Source: Opitutales bacterium
GTDB taxonomy: Bacteria > Verrucomicrobiota > Verrucomicrobiia > Opitutales > PNEW01
Direction: 5' to 3'
DNA length: 64,000 nt
NCBI GenBank assembly: GCA_965197745.1
Contig: CBDANS010000007.1
Coordinates: 1,664,001 to 1,728,000, forward strand
Shown here: piece after piece, positions 1 through 9,946 of the stretch
How positions within the stretch are numbered: the first letter of the stretch is position 1
How the letters are laid out: each line of letters opens with the position of its first letter
Translations under genes and position numbers: made by a program
Notes under the pieces: model-generated
Databases searched by the model: none
What the model saw: the letters and a program-made list of their open reading frames with translations, nothing else
Told to the model about the DNA's origin: nothing

Positions 1-85
1 TATCGTTAAGTATGAATTAAAGTTATCTGTTTTCTGAAATGCTATTCCCTATTAAAAAGCTAAGTAGTAAGTTTTTTTCTTTGAG

Positions 86-252
86 ATGATTTTATGAAGC
101 TTCGAAGCTTAATTTGATTTGCCCGTGAAGGTATCTGAGAGCCTCGAGAAAGGGCGTTTGCATCTTAAGGCAGGTAAGTTTCATAACGATGGGTGATCGT
201 ACATTTTAGAGCCAATAAAATGCGTTTCGTTTTAAATCATTGTTGCTGCCAA
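86..252. repeat. Direct repeat copy 1 (~165 bp) flanking the Cache gene
   Basis: gcccgtgaagg..tctgag.gcctcgagaaaggg.gtttgcatcttaaggcagg...gtgatcgtacattttagagccaa recurs at 1526-1694. Confidence 0.85.
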
Positions 253-451
253 TTCTTACGATCACCAAGCCCATGTATTTATCGTACGCTTTCCCGATCA
301 CTGTCTATCTCAGGAGTTGTAGATTGCTTTACCCAAGCTTCCGGGGTACGTCTAAGTTTGAAACTTTTTTGGCCCCATTGACAGATTTTATCAAATCATA
401 CAATATGATTTCCCGTTGTTTCCAAAAGCGAACTACCCCGAATATTTTTAA

Positions 452-1423
452 ATGATGAACCGAAGTGTCTTACCCTTTCTGATTGCGCTAATCTCAATGT
501 GCGCGGTGTCGTCAACGTTCGGCACTGCTGAAGTTCTGTCTTGTGAAGACCACTCTATCAAAGCTCGTGCCGTACGCACACCGGAAGACATTCAGGCGTT
601 CGTGCAATGTGCTTACGAGTTTGTCCAGGAAGTGGGATTTGATGAAGCCCGTCGGGCCTTTCACGAGGACGTTCGTTGGAAAAGCGGTCCAATCTATGTT
701 TTTGTCGACGAAGTGACAGTGGTGAGCGATCAGCCTCGAAGCTTTGTCTTCCCGCCCGACCCTTCGAGAGAAGGGCAGCCTTTGGGCTTTTTCATCGACT
801 CCTTCGGTAACAACATCGACCTGGAAGCCTATCGTATCGCGACCCACTTCGGTGAGGGTTGGCTCTACTACTCCTTCCGCAATCCGGACACCGGCTACGA
901 TGAGCCGAAGGCTTCCTACGTCAAGAGCATAGACTGGAACGGGACTCCCGCTGTAATTGGCGCGGGGATCTACCGGCGCGACATCCCGGGCACGTGCAAC
1001 AGTGAAGAGGTCAACGCCATGTTGCTCGATAACGATCCATCCAACGAGAGACTCAAGGAGTTTGTTCGCTGCGCCGCGATGGAGCTTGAAATGAAAGGCT
1101 ATTTTGCGATCAACACTTTGACCACGGATCCGCGATGGAAACACGAATCAATCTACTTATTTGCCATTGATACTTATGGCTACACGCTGTTTAGCGGAGA
1201 TCCATACAGCCAGGGGTCGGGTGTATCTGAATTGAAAGGAACGGTCGAAGAGCATGATTTAGTGAGCGTTGCAGAGGCTTTCGGAGAAAGCTTCCTGTAT
1301 TACACGAAACGCAATCCGGCGAGTGCAATGGAGGAGCGCAAGGTGACTTTCGTTAAAAGGATCGTATCCTTTGGACTGCCGATTCTGATCGGGGCGGGCT
1401 ATTACCTGGATGAGGGTCCGTAA
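452..1423 (+). CDS. Secreted tandem Cache-domain protein with no output domain
   Basis: Signal peptide; two repeats of FV.CA...D.RW....IY.F...G..LYY...NP......K..(Y/F)VK......IGAG(I/Y)Y. Confidence 0.75.
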   Translation: MMNRSVLPFLIALISMCAVSSTFGTAEVLSCEDHSIKARAVRTPEDIQAFVQCAYEFVQEVGFDEARRAFHEDVRWKSGPIYVFVDEVTVVSDQPRSFVFPPDPSREGQPLGFFIDSFGNNIDLEAYRIATHFGEGWLYYSFRNPDTGYDEPKASYVKSIDWNGTPAVIGAGIYRRDIPGTCNSEEVNAMLLDNDPSNERLKEFVRCAAMELEMKGYFAINTLTTDPRWKHESIYLFAIDTYGYTLFSGDPYSQGSGVSELKGTVEEHDLVSVAEAFGESFLYYTKRNPASAMEERKVTFVKRIVSFGLPILIGAGYYLDEGP

Positions 1424-1525
1424 GAGGCCGGGCAAGCTTGCGCGATAACACCGGGAACTCATAAACTCTCCCTGAGAACAATTGAGAGCCCTGTCATGAT
1501 GTTGACGGGGTGGCTCTTTGCGGGG

Positions 1526-1694
1526 TGGATTTTTTGAAGCATCACCAATGATTTGAATTGCCCGTGAAGGGGTCTGAGCGCCTCGAGAAAGGGTGTTTGC
1601 ATCTTAAGGCAGGGAATGGTTGTTTCTAACGAAGAGTGATCGTACATTTTAGAGCCAAATTAAGCAGGGTCTTTTAAAATTATTTTTGCTGCCA
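1526..1694. repeat. Direct repeat copy 2
   Basis: Aligns with 86-252. Confidence 0.85.
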
Positions 1695-2559
1695 AACTTT
1701 GCCCTTTGCAAAAATATTTTCCGGTGAGTAAATCGATATATGGACTAGGGAGTTGGTCTTCTGATCGCACCCCCCCCGCCCCCTGTAACCTGATTTGCTC
1801 CCAGATTGGTTTATTCCCAAATTAGCGGAAACCTGCGATGTCAGACGGCGAACGTTTTCTTGATAGGGATACTCTGAATTATGGGGCGCAGTGCGTGTCG
1901 CAATAGTATGTCAACCCCGGCTTAATCAGGGTTTTAAACTGGGGCTTACCCCTTAATTAGCGTCGTTCTAAGACCGTTAGGAATTTTATGTTTAAATTTA
2001 ATATGTTGAATATCAATTATTTACAAATCAACTGGACATAATATCGATTGTGCGGTTCACCTTCTAAGACTTCCTTTTAGGGCCGTCCCTTTTTGTCCGC
2101 GCACACTGCCGCCAATAACGGTCTGCTCAGGCAACCCAGCAACGACAAATCACCTTTTTTTATGTGTCCACAGGTTGGCCTTCATTGTGGACAACCTAAA
2201 ACAACCCTTAATCGATGGGCATATCGGTAAGAGAGGATCGTGTCGATTTCCCTTCTCTTTTTTAAGTGTGTCTACAGATAAGATTGAAGTCCTGTTTTTA
2301 CCACTTGCGCGCGCAAACAACAAACAAAAGAAAAGTTATAAATTTATATATTGAAGGCATCATGATGGCGTCAACCTAACGCAAAAAAAACCGCCCCCTC
2401 TGTCCCGCTCTTAGATTCAGGAAGCTCGAGATCTCCCTGTCCATGTCTCGCAATAGAAATCTGTCATGAGAAACTGTAAAATACAGTTGCGAGGTAATGA
2501 TTTGTCCAGGAGCCATCCTTATACTCGATAAATTTGTCTCGTCATACACGACAAGATTC

Positions 2560-2669
2560 TATTAAATGAAGACGAAAGTAAACTGCTTGCTTAATCTAGA
2601 AACGCACTGCTGCCTAAACTCGTTTCAGGGAAAGTAAGGTGAAGGTAGTGGAGCGATGGGAGCTGTGAA
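2560..2669 (+). pseudogene. hsdS: C-terminal remnant of a type I R-M specificity subunit
   Basis: Reads RNALLPKLVSGKVR, matching the RD.LLPKL.SGE.RV end of HsdS. Confidence 0.55.
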
Positions 2670-2672
2670 CCG

Positions 2673-3235
2673 ATGAATACACTTCAAGAGATATTGAATT
2701 CCGTTTTAGCAGATTCCGACCATGACGAGTACTCTGATGATCTGCAAGCAGCATCAACCGATATTATTCTTAGTTATGCCGACCCAATTGCCGACTCTAT
2801 ATTAGCCAGACTAAAGCAGAATTCACAATCTATGTTGAAACAAAAGTGGCGGGACCAACGACAATTTGAGAAGAGGTTGAAGAAGCGTTGGAGGAGGCCG
2901 CTAGATCTCCTTAACCTGTTTATATCAATAGCTATAGAAGCCGGTGACGATTTTAACCGTGAGTTCCGCAACGCCGCCGCTCGGTCAAGTGATACTGTAT
3001 TTGAGGCACTTACCAGGATGCACGCCAGAGCGTGCCAGGTATCATCTGCCATTCTCGTCCTACTGCGCTCCGGTTATGCAGACGACGCACACGCCCGGTG
3101 GCGAACTCTGCATGAGATTTCGGTGATAAGCTCTTTCATTAGTGAGCATGGTCAGGAACTAGCAGAAAGATATCTGCTACACGATACCATACAGCGATAT
3201 AAGATGGCATGTCAGCACCAAAAATATAAAGAGCG
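2673..3235 (+). pseudogene. DUF5677-like protein truncated by IS3-A
   Basis: LLRSGYADDAHARWRTLHE motif; ORF runs into the IS left end at 3236. Confidence 0.6.
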
Positions 3236-4553
3236 TGGTCGTGACCACGAAAACTGGTCCACTTGAAAAGTTAGTCTGGTCCAACTAGAAAGGACACAGA
3301 CAATGAAAGGCAAAAGATACACGACCGAAGAGAAAATACGGATGCTGCGCCAGGCGGACAAAGGGAAAACGATCCTGGAAGCATGCCGCGAGAACAACAT
3401 AAGCGAACAGACCTTCCACCGCTGGAAACGTGAGTTTGGGATGATTGATGTCAACCAGGCCAAGCGGATGAAGGAGCTCTTTGAAGGAGAACGCGCGGTT
3501 AAAACGGATGCTGGCGGACAAGATGCTGGGGATAGAGATCCTGCAGGAGACCCTCGAAAAAAAACTGTAAGCCCTGGGCACAAGCGGCAAGTGGCAGAGA
3601 GACTTGTGACTCGGGGCCAGTGTTCGATGCGAGCGGGGTGCCGGTACTTTCGGCTGCACCGTTCCACCTATGCGTATAGGGCCAAGCATCCGGATGCCTG
3701 GCTAACGAAACTAAAAGCGGCAGTAAGGCGGTTATCACGGCAATACGCGAGGTGGGGCTATCCCAAGATCACGAAGCTGTTGAAGGACGAAGGCTGGCAG
3801 GTGGGTAAACGTCTCGTGCAACGTCTGCGACGTGAACTGGGTCTGGCGATCCCCCCACGCAAGCCAAGACGCCGGCGCAGGGATGTCTGCACCGGGCTAC
3901 CGACAAAGGCCGAACATCCCGACCATGTTTGGACCTGGGATTTTATCCACGATAAGACGGTTCGCGGCGGCAGTCTAAAAATGCTGACCGTGCTCGATGA
4001 GTACACCCGCGAGTGCCGGGTGATCCATGTTGATCGCCATATCAATGCGGAAACGGTGCGCGGTATCATGCAAAAACTGCTCGACCGGCATGGGCCGCCA
4101 AAATATATTCGTAGCGACAACGGTTCCGTTCCGAGGAGCGAAGCGACGACATGCAAAGCCATTCATTGAAAGCCAATTGAGAGCCTGGCTAACTGCGATG
4201 AAAATCAAAACCCTCTATATCGAACCAGCAAGCCCTTGGCAGAACGGATACATTGAATCGTTCCATGCCCGTTTTCGCGAGGAGTGTTTAAACCGTGAAC
4301 AGTTATGGACTTTGACCGAAGCCCGCGTGGTCATCGAAGATTGGCGCTGGCTTTACAATCATGTCCGACCCCACCGCAGCCTCGGCAACATCACTCCACG
4401 GCACTTCACTGAAAACCTCAATACCGAAGGCTCGGGCTCCATTCGGGCTACGCCCTCATTGCGCCCAAGCCTTGACTTCCTCTACCAACTTAACTTCAAC
4501 ATTAACCTCTCCAGACTAACTCTCCCGGTGGACCAGTTTGTGTAACCCGACCA
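3236..4553 (+). mobile_element. IS3-family element, lineage A (inactivated)
   Basis: Ends TGGTCGTGACCAC.. / ..GTAACCCGACCA; OrfA HTH, A8 slippery site, WTWDF, SDNG, NGYIESF; extra T in orfA; 32-nt insert in the SEF codon; no TSD. Confidence 0.95.
4129..4160 (+). repeat. Micro-element, site-2 (DNGS-E-F) type
   Basis: TCC G[ttccgaggagcgaagcgacgacatgcaaagcc]A TTC. Confidence 0.9.
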
Positions 4554-5917
4554 GCCTGCTGACCCCAATCGGTATAGCGACAGACAAAACATCGGCCCCT
4601 TTCTTCGCGGAACGGATTCGTGCTTGTTCTGTGAAGGCATTCCTTGCGTTCGAAAACCGGCGGGGATGGCTTTTCCCTGATATTCATCATGAAGAACAGC
4701 CGTCCATAATTGTGTTCACACTGTCCCAGCATCAATTTACTGACTTCGAATTCTGTGTCCGTATCTCGTCATGGGAACAGTTCAACGACTCCAATCGACG
4801 CTTCCGGGTATCCGCGAACCTCTTGAGTGAGGTTAATCGGAATACTGTAACCGTACCGTTGTTCCGTACCATGCGCGACGCTGAACTGACCACAGCGATT
4901 TACAGCCGCCTGCCGGTGTTGGTCGATCGATCATCGGGCGAGGAAGTTAAGGCATGGCCGGTGAAATACTCGACAATGTTCCATATGACCAACGACTCCG
5001 GCCTGTTCCGCACGCGCGAGGAGCTTGAGGAAAAGGAAGGTGCATATCACGTCGGTAGTAACCGCTTTGCCAGTCCGTCCGGAGACTGGGTGCCGCTCTA
5101 TGAAGGCAAGATGATACAGATTTACAATCACCGCTACGCGAGTGTTCGTGTCAATCCCAAAAACATCAGTGGGCAAGGGGTGTCCGAAAAAACGGGGGCT
5201 GCGACACTTCAAGACCCCACATTCGTACCTGATCCGAGGTATTGGGTCAACACGATGCATATTTCAGAAGACGATCGTGAAAGATGGCGAATCGGTTTCA
5301 ATGACGTCTGTAATACGAACAACGCGCGAAGTGTTATTGCGTGCGTTGTTCCACATGCTGGATTCGGTAATACGCTACCGATCCTTTCTCTTGAGGAGAA
5401 GGCACCTGATTTAGATCTTGTTCTGTTGGTTGCGAACCTCTGTGCACTTGTTTTCGATTATGTCGCCAGACAAAAAATCCAATCACGGCACCTGAACAAG
5501 TACATCCTGGAGCAACTCCCGGTCGTCCAGTCCACCCGCTACAAAGCTGTCCACTTTGGAAAGAAGACCACCGCCGAAATTGTCCAAGAGGCCGTTCTTG
5601 AATTGACCTACACCTCTGATGATATGGTCCAATTCGCTCACGATATGGGCTATGTCGATGAGGCGGGTGCAGTAAAACAGCCATTTTCCTGGAATAAAGA
5701 TCGCCGTCTTCACCTACGCGCCAAGCTAGACGCCGTGTTCTTCCATCTTTACGGTGTCACAGACCGCGATGACATCCGCTATATCTATTCAACCTTCCCG
5801 ATCGTTGAACGCAAAGAGAAGGCAACTTATCGTGGCGTGTACCGTTCCTGCGAACTTTGCCTTGCCTATATGAACGCTCTTGCCCATGGAAAACCGGACG
5901 CGGAGGTAAAGCTTTGA
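4554..5917 (+). pseudogene. C-terminal part of an Eco57I-like/type IIG R-M (DISARM DrmMI-like) methyltransferase, 5' end lost at the IS
   Basis: P.GIATD, PLYEGKMI..YNHR, FDYVARQK, RA.LDA..FHLYG...DDIRYI.STFPIV motifs. Confidence 0.7.
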
Positions 5918-5948
5918 CGTAGGACAGGAATATCCGGCTCTGCACTCT

Positions 5949-7083
5949 CTAATCGGAACTGATGTGTAGTTGGCGTGAGCTCCGAGGATAGGACCGTTGT
6001 CCGTGAGAGTCTTTCCGTAAATAAGAACGGAAAGACAAATGAAACAGAAGAGATGCACCACCGAGGAGATGCTCAACAATCGTGTATGGAGGAAGAGAAT
6101 AGAAATACCGAGTCGCATAACGACGACATCTTCCAATAGTAAGCTCGTGGCATAAGAAAGAAGCGGTAAAGCAAGTGGTAGCACAAGGGGGTTTCTCGCT
6201 GGATCGAGCGTGCTGGTATCTTCGAGCTGCATCGCTGAACTCATCTCTATGAGCACAGGCAGGAATCTTGTTATACTTAGCCCATGGTGAGCGGGTCATA
6301 AGACTTTCAAAGGCACATTTGCATTACGGTTATCGTCGTATTCATGCGCTGTTGAATAAAGAAAAGTGGAAGGCAAGGCGCAAAATCATGCAAAAAGGGT
6401 AAGAGCGTTGAAGGACTTGAGTGTTAAACCCTTTCGTCGCCTTCAGAGACGCCGAGGGCACTTTACTGGGCTTTCTACTAAAGCAGTAAGGCTGAACCAT
6501 GTATGGAGTTGAGATTTAGTTGCGAGCGCAATACATCCGCTCCGATTACGTTTACAAATCGGTATATGATATTACGGACAGTGTCAGATTCAAGAGCAGC
6601 TTGTACGTATGTTTCTTCCCTAGCAGAGTTTCGATTTGATCCAGCAGTGTCAATTAGATCAAGTCGCAGCACGTATCAAACGGTTTGTAGCACAAACAGT
6701 GAGAGAAGTACTCCTCAACAAGCGATAGCGAGAATAACAAATGTCCATGGTGCGTCTTTTTATCTTCCACTGCGTAACGTACCAAGGAGCGCAGTGACGA
6801 CATAGCAAAACACTCATGCTTAAATCAAGAATGGTTCCTAAGCGTTACCGAAGGGCGTGTTGTTATTGAAGCGTGGAAGCAAAACTAAAATGCCCAATAT
6901 CCTCATAGTCGTTTAGGCTTCCTCTCTGCCAATGCTTTTGCCAAACTCTGGCACCAACTCGATCCTACAAGTGCTGGCTCCACGAGCCCTACGGCCTATC
7001 TTCGCCAGCATCTCTTAAACCAATTATAGATAACCCATCGAATGGCTCTCACTCAACTTGGGTGTAATTATGAAGTCCAATCA
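5949..7083 (+). mobile_element. Degenerate IS3 element (lineage C-like) with internal foreign DNA
   Basis: MKQKRCTTEE orfA start, YGYRRI, CLNQEWF..V.E.RVVIE; right end ..aagtccaatca; left end approximate. Confidence 0.7.
6780..6815 (+). repeat. Micro-element, site-4 type (diverged); tail of a site-3 element at ~6708-6738
   Basis: G[taccaaggagcgcagtgacgacatagcaaaacactc]A TGC TTA AAT. Confidence 0.85.
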
Positions 7084-7280
7084 TTGGTACAAAGGATATG
7101 CGGAAAGCTTCAATAATCATTTAAGAACTGAGTGCCTTGAGCACAAGTTACTATACACCCTGACTGAATCCCACGTGGTAATCGAACAATGGCGTCATAC
7201 CTACAATCATGAACATTCCCACCGTCGTTTAGGCTTTAAAAGCCCACTAACGTTTGTCAGTTTCTTTTCCGATCCTGAAA
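7084..7280 (+). mobile_element. IS3 transposase 3' fragment
   Basis: GYAESFNNHLRTECLE...VIEQWRHTYN..H.H.RLGFKSP. Confidence 0.8.
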
Positions 7281-7287
7281 TTAGGTA

Positions 7288-8142
7288 ATGAAAGATGAAT
7301 CAAGAATACTTACTATTGATGTCGCAGACTCAATCTGTGATGCGTCGATTGCATTATCGAACCAGACAACAGATGTTAAAACAGATTCTTGGCATCATAT
7401 TAAAGGTTCGGTTATATATGAAAAAATAGTAATCAGTTATCTGCGTGTTCTGCGATTTATACCCAATAGTAAATACTATAGTCCAATTGGTAAATTCAAA
7501 GTCTGGGACTTTTCATCAACAGCATCGATTACAAGAAGTATTATTGAAGCATACTTCTGTTTGTTTTACATATGCATTGAAAATGTAAGTAATAAAGAAA
7601 AAGAGAAGAGAAAGCTTCTTTGGCTATACCATGAGAAAAATGAGAGACACAAAATGCTTAAGATAGCTTTGCCCAATTCGAAATATGTTGGTAAATTATA
7701 TGATAAAAAAGAACGTCTTAGAAAAAAATTAGTAACCCACACTTGGTTCCTGAAACTTAAACCAGGACGACAAGAAGAACTATTAAAAAAAGATGTAAGC
7801 AAATTGGATGGAAATATAGAGATATGCAAAAAAGCAGGAATCAATCAAAATTATTACCAACCAACCTTTAAGTTTCTATCAAATTTTGCACACACTTCAC
7901 CATTTTCAATTTATCATATAGACTCAAAGTACATTACTGAAAAGAAAGCGAAGTTATTATTCGGCCACATTGCTAACATTGCATCTGGCTTCTCTGTGAT
8001 TGCTCTAGAAGATTACGCTAAGCTCTTTCCAGAGCAATCCCTTGATAACTCAGAGATTAATGAATATATTAATATTTGGAGAGAAATAATGCAGTGGGAG
8101 AAGTCTGAATATTTTGATAAATCTGAGGTTGACTCTAATTGA
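7288..8142 (+). CDS. DUF5677-like hypothetical protein (AT-rich)
   Basis: RSIIEAYF.LFY and LSNFAH.SP motifs. Confidence 0.55.
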   Translation: MKDESRILTIDVADSICDASIALSNQTTDVKTDSWHHIKGSVIYEKIVISYLRVLRFIPNSKYYSPIGKFKVWDFSSTASITRSIIEAYFCLFYICIENVSNKEKEKRKLLWLYHEKNERHKMLKIALPNSKYVGKLYDKKERLRKKLVTHTWFLKLKPGRQEELLKKDVSKLDGNIEICKKAGINQNYYQPTFKFLSNFAHTSPFSIYHIDSKYITEKKAKLLFGHIANIASGFSVIALEDYAKLFPEQSLDNSEINEYINIWREIMQWEKSEYFDKSEVDSN

Positions 8143-8352
8143 TGAGCATGCTTGTCAATGCCTGGCCATAAAGGTATCGTGTTCGCTAAAAGCGAAGACG
8201 TGGTACAAGTCCTAGTCGAAGCTATTGAAGAGTATGGCAGAGCCCAATGCATCCGCTCCGATAATGGTTCGCAGTTCGTAGCACAAAAAGTCACAGAAGC
8301 ATTCCTCAAGAGCCAGATCGACATTATCTCCATCACCCTTGGTAGTCCTCGG
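8139..8352 (+). mobile_element. IS3 (lineage C) internal transposase fragment
   Basis: CIRSDNGSQFVAQKV...IDII.I..GSP; matches 13070-13210. Confidence 0.8.
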
Positions 8353-8368
8353 TGGTTATGCCACTTAA

Positions 8369-9217
8369 TTATGCTACTTTAATAAATGTGAGATTCGGAC
8401 CCATATCGTAGTCACACAGTTCGAGGCACCACCCTTCAGAGCTCTGATTATATGGTTCCCTTGCTTTCATTCTTCTCTGAATAAAGGAAATATTATCCTC
8501 AGGTATTTCGTCACAAAAGTAAACGGAGTTGATGCAATTTTCAATCTCGTAAATGTTGATGGTATGTGAATCTTCCATTGAACCTATTTGTATATTTAGT
8601 TTGTAGTAATCTCTATGTACACCAATAAAACAATATTTTGGAGTTATCGGTAGTAATACACCCTTCAGTTCGTTCTTGTTATGCTTTGACCCGAGCCAGA
8701 TTGATGGACAATCTGATGTAAGTAGTAATCCGTCTTCTGAAAATGGAATAATGGCAAAATCCCAATTTTCTTCTATATAGGCTCTAATTTCGCTGTCACT
8801 CGAATTCGATAGTTCACTGCTGATAAGAGATTCCTTGAAGATTTGAATACGTTTAAGGTAGAATTGAAATTCCTCTTCTATCGTATTGAACTTAAATTTG
8901 AAATTTCTTGCATAGAAATCTACAGCACAGAGGAAAAAATGAAACATAGACTTCTTTGATACTACATTACCCCTCAATAAAGATGTCATACATGATCTAT
9001 ATTTACTCTCTGTTACACCAAAATATTTTTCACATAGTTCAGCTCGCTTCTGAGAGTAGAAATAGTCTTTCTGGCATTGATTCCGCACTGGAACGTATTC
9101 AGCAGAATTTAAACCAACTCTCCAGATTCGGCACTTTTTTAGGTCTACACCTGGCGGTATTGCGAACTGCCTTAGGTATATAATTGGCAGGTAATGTTGT
9201 TTCTTGTATTTCGGCAA
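8369..9217 (-). CDS. DUF4238-domain protein
   Basis: N-terminal KKQHYLP..YLRQF; LLTSD.P; LPITP. Confidence 0.7.
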   Translation of the reverse strand: MPKYKKQHYLPIIYLRQFAIPPGVDLKKCRIWRVGLNSAEYVPVRNQCQKDYFYSQKRAELCEKYFGVTESKYRSCMTSLLRGNVVSKKSMFHFFLCAVDFYARNFKFKFNTIEEEFQFYLKRIQIFKESLISSELSNSSDSEIRAYIEENWDFAIIPFSEDGLLLTSDCPSIWLGSKHNKNELKGVLLPITPKYCFIGVHRDYYKLNIQIGSMEDSHTINIYEIENCINSVYFCDEIPEDNISFIQRRMKAREPYNQSSEGWCLELCDYDMGPNLTFIKVA

Positions 9218-9543
9218 ATGTATTTGATGTTATACTCCTAATGCGGACTCGCATGTATTAGGTGTGAGATTGATCGGACTGGTTGGACCCCGTATTTCGT
9301 ACCAATTTTTAAGTGAGAGAACTACCGGGTGTTAATGGTATTAGGATTGATGTATATGAGAGATCTTGGCGCAGTGAGGGCGTAGCCCGAACGCGGCCAG
9401 GATCTGAAAGGAATCAGACAAACTCTTGTGGGCTTTGAAAGCCTAATCGACTGTGAGGATGTTCATTGTTATAGGTCTGACGCCATTGTTCGATTAGAAC
9501 TTGCGCTTCAGCCACGCTGAGCAACACTTCAGGGTTCAAACAT

Positions 9544-9579
9544 GAGCGCTTCGCTATGTCGTCACTACGTTCCTCGGTA
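9544..9579 (-). repeat. Micro-element, site-4 (RD-E-CLN), 36 nt
   Basis: GAT G[taccgaggaacgtagtgacgacatagcgaagcgctc]A TGT. Confidence 0.9.
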
Positions 9580-9620
9580 CATCGCGTAAGCGGTTGTGAA
9601 ACGACTCGATGAAACCGTTT

Positions 9621-9663
9621 GTTATTCTCGCTTTGGCTCGTTGAGGTGTCGCTTCGCTCGGTA
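9621..9663 (-). repeat. Micro-element, site-3 (PW-Q-NG), 43 nt
   Basis: TGG C[taccgagcgaagcgacacctcaacgagccaaagcgagaataac]A AAC. Confidence 0.9.
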
Positions 9664-9743
9664 GCCAGGGACTGCCTGGTTGGATATAGAGGGTTTTGAT
9701 TTTCATCGCTGTTAGCCAGGCTCTCAATTCCTTTTCAATGAAT

Positions 9744-9775
9744 GGCTTCGCATGTCGTCGCTTCGCTCCTCGGAA
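9744..9775 (-). repeat. Micro-element, site-2 (DNGS-E-F), 32 nt
   Basis: AGT G[ttccgaggagcgaagcgacgacatgcgaagcc]A TTC. Confidence 0.9.
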
Positions 9776-9903
9776 CACTGCCATTATCACTGTGGATATA
9801 GCTGGGAGCTCCCTCCTTTTCAATGGCCTCGCTAAGCACAGAGAGGACATCGGTTGAGGTGAGCTGTCGAGCTACCCGGATGCGTAAACATTTACGCGTA
9901 TAT

Positions 9904-9946
9904 GTCTTCGCTTCGCTTGAGTGTCGTCGCTTTCAGCTCCTCGGTA
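9904..9946 (-). repeat. Micro-element, site-1 (ID-E-YTR), 43 nt
   Basis: GAT G[taccgaggagctgaaagcgacgacactcaagcgaagcgaagac]A TAT. Confidence 0.9.

Noticed and set aside
121..180. Flanking repeat as a cobalamin riboswitch
   Set aside because: Lacks the B12-box and other conserved elements.
1700..2550. 850 bp ORF-free stretch as an ncRNA or origin
   Set aside because: No recognisable RNA motif, iterons or DnaA-box cluster by eye.
4129..4160. Micro-inserts as group I/II introns or classical MITEs
   Set aside because: Far too short for ribozyme cores; no GUGYG/AY ends, terminal inverted repeats or consistent TSD.
3303..4169. 288-aa ORF as a natural fused OrfAB transposase
   Set aside because: The fusion comes from an extra T near 3480 that scrambles the end of OrfA, and the ORF stops just after the site-2 insert.
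7280..9270. Integron cassettes (ttaggt-aATG before 7288; GCATAAC after the 8369 stop)
   Set aside because: Only half-site-like heptamers; no complete attC hairpin and no intI.
9544..9946. Spaced similar motifs read as a CRISPR array
   Set aside because: Units differ in sequence and length, the spacers are contiguous transposase coding sequence, and there are no cas genes.
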